From Klebsormidium nitens (taxonomy: Eukaryota > Plantae > Klebsormidiophyceae): a stretch of 63,888 nt of DNA. The DNA lies in the NCBI GenBank assembly GCA_000708835.1, contig DF237017.1, positions 140,987 to 204,874 on the forward strand, in the 5' to 3' direction. Shown here piece by piece: positions 11,369-23,336 of this stretch (position 1 is its first letter; each line of letters begins with the position of its first letter). Below the pieces are notes generated by a model, which did not search any database, had not been told where the DNA came from, and saw only the letters and a list, made by a program, of their open reading frames with translations. Made by a program: the position numbers and the translations under genes.

Positions 11369-14300
11369 CTACACCGCGGCAGACGAGGCGGGCGGAACAG
11401 CAACCTTGACTTCGGGCGCGCGCGCCGCGCGCGCGGTGCGCGACGGCTGGTTCTGGACGCTCTGGTCGACGCTTTGGGTGGCTGCCTGGGTCCCGGTCCG
11501 TGCGGACGGTCCGTACTTCTGCGGAAAAAACGGATTCAGATTCCAGCGTCTTTTCTTCTGAATGCTTCCGTTACTGTTTCTTTGTTCAGCACTACTTACA
11601 TCATCTGCAACGTTTACCGTTCCTGGCCTTGCTTTTGAGTGCTCGAAACCACGGGGTTTTGTTGACCAGTCACTGCCCTTGGCGACGTGAGGATTTCCAG
11701 GCCTTTCTTTTCTCACTCTAACAAACAGCAATGTACTAAACAGACTCTTCTCAACAAATTGGTTGAGCAATCTGATTGAGAAGCGGGCTTCGAACCATCG
11801 GAGGGCGTCTGCATGAGCTTTGGTAAGTCTTCTAGTGATGCAAGCTGCAGAGGACTGGCTAAAAGCCTGGGAACGAGGAAGAAGAAGCGGAGCGATATGC
11901 GAGCATCGAAAAGAACTCGACAGATTAACTTTCAAGATAAGGACTTCGCTCGCGCACCTTAGTAGTGTCTTCTTCCTCGTCGTGTCCTTTCTTGGGGGCG
12001 CAGAGGAAGATAAGCTCGTACGTCAGCCCGGCGATGATGCCGCCCCCAATCGGACCTGGAGTAACTAGAAATCTTTCCAACAATTCGAGAAGGGTGTCCC
12101 TTCGAGTTATTGGAATCGGGCTCGAAGGCTAGCGTGACTGTGTTTCTCAAGACAGTGCATGGGTATCACACAGGGATAGACCGGTGGACTCACAGGCGCG
12201 TCCTCTTTCCTAAGCCGTCCTTTCGCAAATGAGCGTAACATCCAGACCCTTCCCTATCTGCAACAACCGGCCGCTCATATGCGTATTCAAGATTCTACTT
12301 TCTTGGAATCCCACGTGCGGAATGGAGATGTCGAATTCCTTACAAATGCAATGCCGTTAGGGGTTGTCTTGCAGAATAAAGACATCAACAAGTTTGCTTG
12401 GATTTTTCAGGAGATAACAGGAACGGCGGAACAGTCGCGCTCACCTATCCAATAGAGCCAGTGCTGGCCGTGCCTCCCCCACCTGCACAGGAATAGGTAA
12501 ACAGAATTCTGCCGGCGGTCGAAGAATTTTCAGTACTTAGATCACATCAGAGTTTAGATTGCTCAAGAAAGGTGACTCGCAGGGCACAATTCCAAGGTTG
12601 AAAGCGAAAGGGATAGTTGATAATAAGGGGAGCCGAAACGACGGAAGAAACAAAGAGGATCCCAGAATTTGAGCGCAACCCAAGAAGATTTGAAGAGCAA
12701 TCTGTTGGCTGCAGAAACGCTGGAGCTTCTCTTTCCGAGGCTTGCGAGAAACCTTGATCTGCTCATATGCGCTCTTCGTTTACGGTTTTCGTTTACAATA
12801 CGAGGAGTCTCGGGGAGGAGTCCGATTCAGTGGAGAACTTGACACAGAGCTTGATAGGGCGCGTCTGTGATTCCATGAAGCCGCATGTGACCGGAGAAAA
12901 TTCTGCGTGCGCTCACTCTCCAAAGACGACGGACGGCCCGAAGCTGCGCGCGGGGTTCATTCCGGCGCCGGTGAAGCGCACCGCGCAGATCATGTTTCCG
13001 GCCACGATGAAGCCCACCGGAATGGGCGCCAGCGGACTCGCCTTCTCCTTGTCCACCACAGTGCCGAAGATGACGAAGACCAGGGCGAAGGTTATGATTG
13101 TCTCCATTAGCCAGCCCTGCAGTGGCATGTGACGGATCGAGGTAAGTTTCCTATAGGTGATCAAGACCAAAGGCGACGGCGAAGGTGATGGGTGGTCTTC
13201 GTAAGGCCAGCGTTGTGGGTGAGACATAGCAGCATGAGGTTAGCTTGAGAGGGTTTTGCCTTTGACGACGACTTGCCGTGTTTGTTCTTCGCCGTTCAAG
13301 TCAGAAGAAAACCAAATCTGCAAACGCATTGATGCTTCTAGTTGCAACACGTGGCAATCTGAGGATTGAGTCTTCTGTAGCAATCATAAGTGCTGCCGCA
13401 TAGAATGGAAGGTCGTATACGGAATCGTGGAAGCACAGCGCGGATTTCGAAGCACAGCGCTTTCGGATTCAAAATTCCGGTCCGTGGAACAGCCATGCAT
13501 TCTCCGAATCGTTTTTCAGACGGCCGCGGAGCCGCGCTAGATGGCCGCTTTAACGATGCGAGGTACCGCCTGACGTAGATCCGCTTTGGCCAATGAAACG
13601 AGTTTCGTGGAGAGAAAAGTTGGAGAAGGCTTTCAGCTTCGAGCACGGGGGGTGAAGAACGAATGAAGAGGAGATCGAGCGCAAGGCACGTCCGTTCGTT
13701 TCTTATTGACCGACCTGGGCTTGGGTAACTCCGTGGGCCAGTGTCGTGACGCCTCCGCGCGCGGTGCCGTGTCCTAGAAGCGACCCCGGAATGGCCGCTC
13801 TCAGAAAGGCGGCACCCAGGATAGAGCCCACCAGCTGCAGAGAGTTGGTTTCTTTCAGCTTACGATTTATGTGACAGATCTTAATGGAACTCTTGACATA
13901 AGCAAAGTAAGAGAATGCGCAGAGATTGGCTGAGAGCTTCTCAGCGCTGAGCAGGGGTGAGATCAAAGATGAGCCCACCAGCTGTAATCGAAATTCACCC
14001 TGTTCGTAGTACACAGTGGCCCGTCGCATGTGAAAGTCTCAGTCTCGAGGCAGAAACCAGACATGCTAAGAAACACGTCAGTGTGCAACGAACCCAGCAT
14101 ACGCATGCACTTTGACGCTCTTCGATCGTTGTTTCATTCCACGAGGCTATCTAGCTTGCAGTCGAAAGTTGCATCCTGCTCAGTCGTTGGTGACTGATTG
14201 CGGCTATGTATAAAGAGAAAATTTTCCCCTTTCGGCTGCCTTAACGTGCCCGACAACCTTGTACCGGGCAGAGAAAACGCTCACCTGGGCAATAATATAC

Positions 14301-15500
14301 GCGGCCGTCTTGAGGAAGGTCATGTTCCCGGTCACGAAGAACGCCGCCGAGACGGCCGGGTTGAAGTGCCCCCCCGAGATGTTGGCGAAAGTCGCCACGA
14401 TAGCGACCAGCGTCAGCCCATACGCGATGCCGAGCGCGACCATACGCGCGTCGGTCATGACGGTGCCGCCGTCGGTTTCCGGAGACGATCCTGTGTTGGA
14501 CAAAGAGATGCTAAGGGTCTTTCGGGAATTTCTGTCTGACATCCCCTTAAAATGGAACGACGTGGAATGGACCTCTGCTCATGAGTCTCGTCGTGACGAG
14601 GAGACAGGTTTCGCTGGCTCGAGATTAAGGGAAAAGGGACTTCAAAGAGACGTCAAGAGGCGCAGTAGAAGAGCTCCGCCTGATCCTATTGGAAGGAAGA
14701 TGCAAACGTTGGAGTAGGTGTTTAGCAGAGCTACTTCGCCACAGACAATCATCTTTGCTTGCACCAGCACGTTTGCGCGGCCACTTTCGGAATGACAATC
14801 ACTAGACATCTGCAATAGGCTCAGACCCAAGAGGGGTAAAAGCTTAGGCGCCGGATCGACTTCTCTGGGGCCCAAGCGCTCGGCCAAAACGGAAACCTGC
14901 AAGCAGTTGGTACTAAAGCAGCTTAACAAATACTGTCCAGCGATCGAGTCGTACAAGCCTTTGAGTTAGTCAGGAATCGTGGAAAAGGAACGTGTTGTAA
15001 TTCAGTGCAATTGGGCGAGCGCTTGACGGCTTCACCGTATGCTTTTGCATAGATGCGCAAGACATTCTGGAATGCATACCGGTGCCGAAAATGAAGGAAG
15101 GTGGTGTTTCAACTTGTAGAGGCTGGCTCGGTTCACATAACAGATTCATAGCATCCTCGAATCTTTCTGCATGCACCAGATTAAGAATTGTAAAATCCTG
15201 ACAACTCGGCCTAGCTCAACTTCAATCTTTTGTAGTCGAGCAGATGAACCAGCTGATCCTTCTGCCAAAGGACTGCGAAGAATGCTTATCTAAATTCATT
15301 TTGACTTATAAATACACCCTGCAAAGAAGAACATAAAGGACACGTGGCACGCGCTTACCCGTCGATATGGAAGCGCCCACCCCAACGAAGATGAAGAGCG
15401 CCGTGCCCAGGAATTCCGCCAGAACCGCTCTTGCGATGTCGCCGGAATGAGTCCAGTGCTTGCCGACCTTCCCAAACCTGGGCACTTTCAGGTATGCCAT
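11369..15500 (-). CDS. Aquaporin/MIP (TIP-like) paralogue B, canonical, 317 aa; exons 15500-15359, 14490-14285, 13834-13715, 13116-12917, 12482-12445, 12055-11958, 11518-11369
   Basis: Both boxes intact (GGHFNPAVS, GAGMNPARSFGP). Intron positions and phases are identical to paralogue A. Confidence 0.93.
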
Positions 15501-16938
15501 GCTGCGTGGAGCCTTCGAAGGAAGCGCGGGCGTCTCTTCTTGGTTCGTCTTTTGTTTCTTTTGGGATTCAAGATTCCCTGCAGCTAATTGCAAACGGACA
15601 AATGATTTTGCGATTACAGTTCCTGCACTACGACGTGAAAACCACCATGATCCATCTTAGGAATCTATTGTTGGATGACATATACTCCACCCATCACTTT
15701 CCAGGCGAAAAGCGCTCCGTGCAGAATCAGAATCTCCCAGCACCACCCGCTACAATGATTGCCGTCACAACTTCTGCTGCGACTCGTCTCTTTAGGATTC
15801 TTCTTGCTCGTGGGTCGCTTCGAGCGGCTGGCAAAGTGATCATGCTCGAACGGCTGCCAAGGCGTCGCCCCATCTGATTGCTCGCGCGCGGCCGTCGCTG
15901 AACCCGACGATCATTGTATCAGCCACGTGGGCTTCATGCAGCTCAGGCAAAAAAGACCATGCACGGGCCGTCATTCGGTGCAGTAAGCACAATACTCGGA
16001 TAAGCTTGATCCCAGATTCCGACCTGAGAAGACCATGCAAATCAGAGAACAAATCTTGATGGCTGAACACGCCTTTGCTTCACGTTGAAGACTTCAAGGA
16101 GGTTCACGATCAATCTCGTCGCGGAGGAGGTACGTCAGAAATGCTCGATACGACATCGAACTCGCTAAGGGACAGCCTCGGCATTAACTGGATGGACTCC
16201 CTCATATAGTCGATCTAGCTTTGATTGGTTTTGAGCGAGCATGATTCAATACCGCGGTTCGGCCGTTGGCCGCAGTGTTGGCAGTGAGGATCGAAGGAGC
16301 ATTCAGGAGGTCACTAAGCATGCAACGTCAGCATGCATTGTCGAGCGAGGCCGGGCTTTATGATACATGTGTCTACTATCATTTTGAAACAAGATGGAAA
16401 GAAGTTTCGTTTGTAGCAGAAAACGTTCAGGTCGGGCATGATTCATATACCATCCACATCGAAAAGATCGAATCGACGGACAAGAAATGGGGTGCAGTGA
16501 TCTCCTACCGACTGCATTACCAAAGAAGTTGTGCTTGCAAATCCAGCGGGCGCGCGACGCGAGCTCGTCCAGCTGAATTGGAGAAGCCTAGCGGATGCAG
16601 GCAGTCGCCATCGATCGCATGTTTTCAAGACTTCAGCATCAAATTGGACAGAATGTGTCACATTACAGATCGAGATATGCGAATCGCAAGAGGTGGCAGG
16701 AATGGTACAAAATTTTGCATCCAGCGCGTGCGAAAGCTCGTGACTATCTGAAAATGTCCTATCTAGGCAAAATGTATGTATAACTAGCCGCAAGCTCCAA
16801 GTCTGTACAGGTCGTCTGAGCGGTGTGCAACTCCAATCACAACTCAACCGCATGGTAACGGCACTTTTTGCCGAACCCACATCTCCTTATCCTCATTCAA
16901 GGGTGGTCAACTCAGTTCTCTATCCAACAGTGGTAAAC

Positions 16939-19900
16939 TCAGTTCAACCTCCTCTCAAGATCCGTGATCTCCGCAGCGACTTTGTCGATGTTGGCGAGCC
17001 TCTTCTCCAGCGGCGGGTGAGTGGACAGGAACGCAGCCAAGCCCTTCAGAATGTTGCCGGGCCCTAGGGCGGGGGCATCCGCCCCGGCCTCCACGTGGAA
17101 GAACAGGTGCTGGAAGTTGCGGTTCGTGCGGTACGGACGGAAGACCGGCTGCTTCTGAACGTCGTCCTTGAACTGCGGGTTGTTGAAGAAGGGCGTACGA
17201 TTCAGAACGGGAGCCGTCTTTTTCCAAGTACGGATGTTTCTAAGGGTGACCTCTTAGTACGAAGTGTTTCCGCAAAGAACAGCCTCGCTGTATGACTACT
17301 AAAGTTGGCAGCCTCCTTCCGTCCGAGGTCCCAAGTCTCCTGACCACTTCTGACCATTTTCAGGCCGCAACATAAGTTCCAAAACTTGCGATCATGCAGG
17401 ACCTGGCTTCCATGCACGCGATGCAGATTCAATGCAAGCTGCGGGAGACAGACTTTTGCATCAATATTATTCTAACATTATGTGAGCTTGGAAAGTTGTC
17501 ACTGAACTTGACCCTTGAAAGCCGGCGGCGCTTTAGCAGACGACGGCGCTTTTTCGGCAGCGAAACGCGCCGTTTCAACTAACGCCACTTCAACCCCGAC
17601 TACTTTTCGACTTCCCGCCAAACAGCTCAACACTTTCGAATCTGGAGACGCTCACGTTCGCCACGGCACCAGAGTCACCACCCATTCAAACGACCGACCA
17701 GTGAGACCACGACGGCTTCGCTGCCGCTTATTTTGAAGCCGCTCCTTAATCAAGCCCGACAACGAATCATAACATTACTCGAGCGTGGCCTTCCGACTTC
17801 GAAACGCAGGAGCTGAACCAATCCTACAAAAACCAGGGTCCAACATTCAGACTTTCGAGTACCCCGACTGCCAGCTCACCCTTTCCAGCTTCTCGAGCGC
17901 GCCCTTCATGTTGGACGCCCCCGCAATGGCCGTCCCGTGCGCGTCCGCGGCAAACTCGCGCGTCCGAGACGCGGACAGCTGGAGCAGGTTGCCCAGCGCG
18001 TACGTCACGAAGCCGACCGCCAGCAGGGGAATGGCGACCGCCTGGCGGGTTAAGCGAAGGGTTTAGCGAGTCAGTGTCTTAGACTTTTTACCCTCTTTTT
18101 TTCCTTCTTTTTCCTCTTCTTCCTTTTTGTTTCAAGGCAATGACTTCAAGATAGCTGGAGCAGGTTGCCCAGAGCGTACGTCACGAAGCCGGCCGCCCGT
18201 AGGGATAATGGCAACTGCCTGGAAGGTTCAAGAGGAGGCTTGAAAGAAATGCAAACCGAAGTACTTTGATGTGTTTGCGAGGTTAGATAAGTGCACCCCA
18301 GGACAACTGATCGGAAAGGGATGCATAACGAAGCCGATCGCCAGCAAAGAGATCGCGGCCGCGTGGCGGGATTGAACGAAGAGTTTAGAAGGTCAAAAAG
18401 AAGTTGCGTGAGTTTAGCGTTCACAGAAGTGTTTGCCGCTTCGGTGTCAGGGATGCAATTCAAAGCAGATGTTTGCAGAGAATGACGGGGTTGCGCAGGG
18501 TTGATGTCGGTCTCGAAGTCCTTTCCATGTGTCTTCTGGCATTTCCAATTTCGGATTGGATTATCAGGACTTTCCATCAAGCTCGACAAGAATCGAAGAG
18601 GAACGCAGACTTCGTTTCCCAGTGAGTGCGGAGAGTATAGATGTGGCTCATGAGTGACGTCGGAGAAGCCATTGACCGTGACAGGAATGAAAGACGAGGA
18701 GAGCCTGACGGGCTTCGCTTCATGAACCAACTCTGTCCGTTGAGACTTTAGCCGTTTCGTCACAGCTTCGACACTCTACGCAAGAATGCGGATACAAAAC
18801 AATCAAGCCAACACCGCACTCTTGTATCTCCCTGTAGAGTATCCACCCTCTTCACTTGTTGCTTAAAACTTTTGATCTCAGCCGAAAGTCGTCCAAAGAC
18901 GTTGTTCAAATTCCTCTTCTGGGACCGTCTCTGACCACCTTTGATTGAAGAGCCGACAGAGCAGCCGTCCCACTTTCCTGCAGACATTGAAGCACAGATG
19001 AGGCAGTAAGGCGAGCGCCCAACCCACCTGCAGCTGGCGCCCGCGCTGCGTCTGCTGCGGCTGCGCCTTCTGGCCCGAGTAGCGCTGGTAGTAGGCGGCC
19101 CGCCGGGCCTCCTGGCGTTCGTTCTCCACCAACCGCATGCCGATCTGGTACACAGCGTAGAAGCCGGAGAGGAGCGTGCCCAGGTGGGTGCCTGCAGGAC
19201 AAAAGGATATGAGAACCTCTTGTTAGAACGCTTGTTTTTTCCCTTTAGTCGAATTCTTGTCGCCGCTTTACCAACACTGATTCAGTCGTGCAAGGAACAA
19301 TCACTGATATCCGCTTGGAAAATATCGCTATCGCATGTTACATAAAAACGACCGTCCTTGTCAACGACGCAAAATGGAATTCTGGAAACCTGGATATCTG
19401 TACCACAAAGCCAGCGCTTACATCAGATAGATACCCAACTTTCCCGTTTCAATTTCGTCGTCTTTGTTCTGAGAGATGCCGGCCAAAACCCTTCGAAGAT
19501 CAAACCAAGCAACGCACGAAGCTCTTGGGACTGCCAAGCGTAACTCACCGCTGACCATGTCGCCGTGCACGATATGCCCGATCTCGTGCCCAATCACCGC
19601 CTTCAGTTCATCGGGCTCCAACCGCTTGATAATGCCCTCAGTCGCGGCAACCACCGCGTCCTTCTTAGGGTCGAAGCCCGCCGCAAAGGCGTTCATCTCG
19701 TCGGTCGGGATGACGTAAACCGCTGGCATAGCAATCTCGGCGATCTCAGCAACGTCCTACAAATACGGACAGATTTCTTCATTTCGAGCCTTTTCCTGGA
19801 ATGACGTACCCACACACCCAAACTTGCTTATTATTTCCTTCAAAGCAAAATGGATCAGTATGGATCTGGAATGGAGGAACTGCTTACAGAACCTCAATGC

Positions 19901-21852
19901 TACCCATTGATCAATGAGCTTTGACAGGTCGAAGCTCTGAAGGACAACAGATTGCTGACACTTGGTATCAAAACGTGGTCAAAACCGTGTACCAAAAACT
20001 CATTGAAATGGTCTCGGATCCTCTCGAAGGTGGTCTACGATCCAAAACAACCGAACGTGCTTTGAAGCCAGCCTCAATGGAGAAAATTCACGAATCAGCT
20101 CAAAACCTCGACATTCCACAGATCAGCAAGTCCGAAACGCTCACCCTGACTGCCTTGACCAAGGTGGGGTACTCCCGCTCAGTGACTCTTCGAGCACCCA
20201 TTCTCTGCGCAACGCTGGCTCCAACTCCACCTTGCTGGTTCTTGCTAAACTGTAGCTGAAGGTAGCTGAAACCGGCGGGGACAGCAACCAACGCGGCAAA
20301 CCCGAGGCCTCCAAGACCTGCCAAGAACGTCAGTTGACAATGTTGATAGCGTTTCTCTGATAGACTTGGGGCTGATAAGAAGATTGAAGATCTGGCCATA
20401 CCTGGATGCGTGACTGCGTACTGCGAATGGGTTCCCCTGAAGCAACCTCGGGTTTCTCCGCTAAACGAATGGTTGAAAAGTACCTGAAAGCTGTTGCAGT
20501 ACTCACTGATTTCAAGCCGAAGCGGACAAGCACACCTTTGATTCGTGACGTTCCACCTTGGCCGAATTTTATGCGACACTGTCACTTTGATGTATCCTTT
20601 CGTCAAATCCAAAGGACGCGCTAGAGGCACCAAGATCAGAATGAATGAGAACTTCACAGCGGAATCGACGAGGCAGCTCAATCAGAGACGACAGAGCTGG
20701 ACTGATAAGACAGGAAAAAGGTGACAACAGACTAGTTCTTTTTAGAAGTTGACAAACAAGCTGCTCACCTGGGGGAAGCACATCTGCTTGCCGGATGACC
20801 AACTCGAATGCAAGAGCACCCCCGGTGACAAGGGCCCCGAACGCCAGCCAGTATCCCAACACTCGCTTGCTGCCATCCTCCTGCAAGAGTTCCAAGAGTT
20901 CCGCCTGTTATGGCTCCAGCTGGTGTTGACAATCAGGACACTGGGAAAAAACCAAAACTTCAAATAAGTCGAGCAGAACTTATGCCGTATACTTTTCCTC
21001 TTGAAAACTTGTTCCCCAATCTTCCCAGTGTTAATCAACACTGGACAGTTTCTACCAAAAGGAGTACGTTACATAGATTGTGAATTCTGACAATAGATCG
21101 TCATTCTTGATGATAAGGAGGCGGAGTCTGACTAGGTCAATCAGGGACCTGGTGGTCTGCAATTGCTAACTTGAACTCTAAAAGAAGATGACCAAGGTTA
21201 TCTTGTGAGATTGATTGACGCACATCACAAAGGGCGCGCCACAAGAGGGCGTGTTTAAACACAAGAATGGATGAAGCTTCCCACTTGTGTAATGAGTATG
21301 GAGCTTGCTGTGAAACAGAGATCAATGTTGCTCCAAAACTGAGGTTAAGCTCAAAAATGATATCAGCCGCGGCGCAATGACGAACAGCATGCAGCCTCTT
21401 CAAGTATGGAGACTGAAGAAAGTTGTAGAGTTGAGGGAGTGGAGGCAAGTAATCGGAGCCAAATGAATGCTATGAAGGAAAAGTCTCCGCACCTGCAACC
21501 TCCGTGCGTACTCCAGGGCACCCCGCGATGTGAGTGCAGTTGACTCTCTATTCCCAGAAAATAGGGCCTGGGTGACAACAGACTGGGCCTTCTTCAGAAT
21601 CGGCAGCTGAGGAAGCCCTACTAGAGGCTCAGCAGGGGGCTGGTTCTCAAGGGAAGCCTTGACAAGGACCGTCCTTGACAATGAGGTTTGTGAGGAGTGC
21701 TGAGGCTGACGCTTGAGCGGCAACGCGCGCAAACCCGCATGGTTTGGCAACACGCTGTGCCGGGAGCACCTGTAGCAGATGCAAGACTGGCTGTCAAACA
21801 TAAAACTCAATCTGTTCAGGAAAACGGCAGAAGTTTCGAAGGGGTTCGTCAT
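16939..21852 (-). CDS. Peptidase M48 (HtpX/Ste24-like zinc metalloprotease) with a probable organellar transit peptide; 7 exons
   Basis: PAVYVIPTDEMNAFAAG, LKAVIGHEIGHIVHGD (HEXXH), SRTREFAAD and LSTHPPLEKRL. Exon phases are consistent. The start at 21852 is inferred. Confidence 0.85.
18153..18232 (-). repeat. Degenerate copy of the acceptor plus first ~65 nt of the M48 exon 18041-17880 (period 177 bp)
   Basis: agctggagcaggttgcccagagcgtacgtcacgaagccgg is nearly identical to 17987-18040. The copy keeps its AG but has a +1 indel. Confidence 0.9.
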
Positions 21853-23336
21853 GTTCTTGGCGTCAGCACCCACCGCAGAACAGCGCGTTTGACCCACCGA
21901 CGATCCTGTTTTGGCCTGAGGTCTAGAGAACGCGAATTTCTCAGCAGGTCACAACAGGACCCTTTCACAGAATCAACAATCTGAAAATGTGAGGCCTCAG
22001 AGGCTGCAGCACTTTAACATTACTGTCCCGCATCTTTATAAGTATGCTGGGAACACTCACCTTGAAAGTGCGTGCGTTTGCAGAGGCGCATGTAGGAGCT
22101 GCGCCCTCATCGCAATGCTGGTGGCTGCCATTGTGTCTCAACTGCGCTAGCGGGCCCTGTATTGACAAAGCTAGGTAGTGACTACAATTGACCACGAAAG
22201 CCTGTTCAACCCAGCATGTTGGTGCAATTTCCAATTAACAGGAAACCAATTTAGTGTAGCCGGACCAAAGGACATGCAGCAACCTGCATGGGGATGTCAG
22301 AGCACCGGCAAACAATTTAACACAGCTCCTATCTTCGCTACTCAACCAATATTGAGATCTGTCAATTGCAGTTCTCTGGTCACAACTGACACTCCCGTGA
22401 CAGGACTCATTTGCTGAGGTGGCCAAGATCTGCAGGATTTAATTCTGAAACATTTACTTCGCCATTTCAGAACAAGTAGGAGTACGAAGCCATGACCAGA
22501 CACGAAAATTCCGAATTTTCATGAGGGACTTTCAAGCAAGCATCATTGCGGGGCGCATCAAAAACCTCTCGAAATAAATAAAAAGGACTCAGTCCTTTAT
22601 ACTTGTCAACTTGTCTGATAGGGGAGCTTGCAATGAAGCGCAGCAGAACGTAATGAGAGTCCAACACTTGCCTCAGTTCTGGCCGCCGACGTAAAACCAG
22701 GCAACCAGCTGCCACTGCCTGATGCCTTCAGCGCAATAGAAAGGGCCGCTAGCAAGCTGAGCACCACGAAGAACTTTCAAAAATTAGTGCAAGGATCAAT
22801 TTGGGCCCTCCTTTCTTTGTCTTCTCCTTGCGCAAAACATGCAGCCTTGCTTTCACTTTGAAGGATACGCCGCGCTAAACACTTGGGGATGCCACTTGGA
22901 GGGCTTTGTAGGGATGCCACGTGTCATTGTAGTACTCAAGATGGTCAATCCGACGGCCTGGACCTAACTTGCGAAGAACGGAGGGTGTTTTTGCTTCCAC
23001 GCTCCCTGCTGGCTGTTTACGGTTTGGATGATGTTGAGGCTTGCGTGCACTTGATCGGACGGTGAGATTTGTAAAGTAGGGCTCAAACATGCAGAGCGTA
23101 TTTACACCGCAATGCTTGCTGGACCTTCTCCGTCAGCATGCTTCAAATGGACCATGGTCCTTGGATCGATCAATCTGATGGGAGGAGGGGGCATTGGGGG
23201 GGCTCTGTATCAGAAGTCGTTTGAGCACATTAGGAATGCCTGCTAGAACTTGAAGCCAGACCTTCCTTGCACGACGCTTGCATTAATCAGCAAATTGAAC
23301 TTTTGGTGAATTGAGCTCCTCATCAAGCAGATTCAA

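Noticed and set aside
16266-16880. ORFs of 145-161 aa between aquaporin B and M48
   Set aside because: No recognisable domain, splice support or codon bias; CATG/GATC-rich texture like the other intergenic relics.
22420-23100. Short minus-strand ORFs between M48 and fibrillin
   Set aside because: They could not be joined into a phase-consistent model and no motif was recognised.
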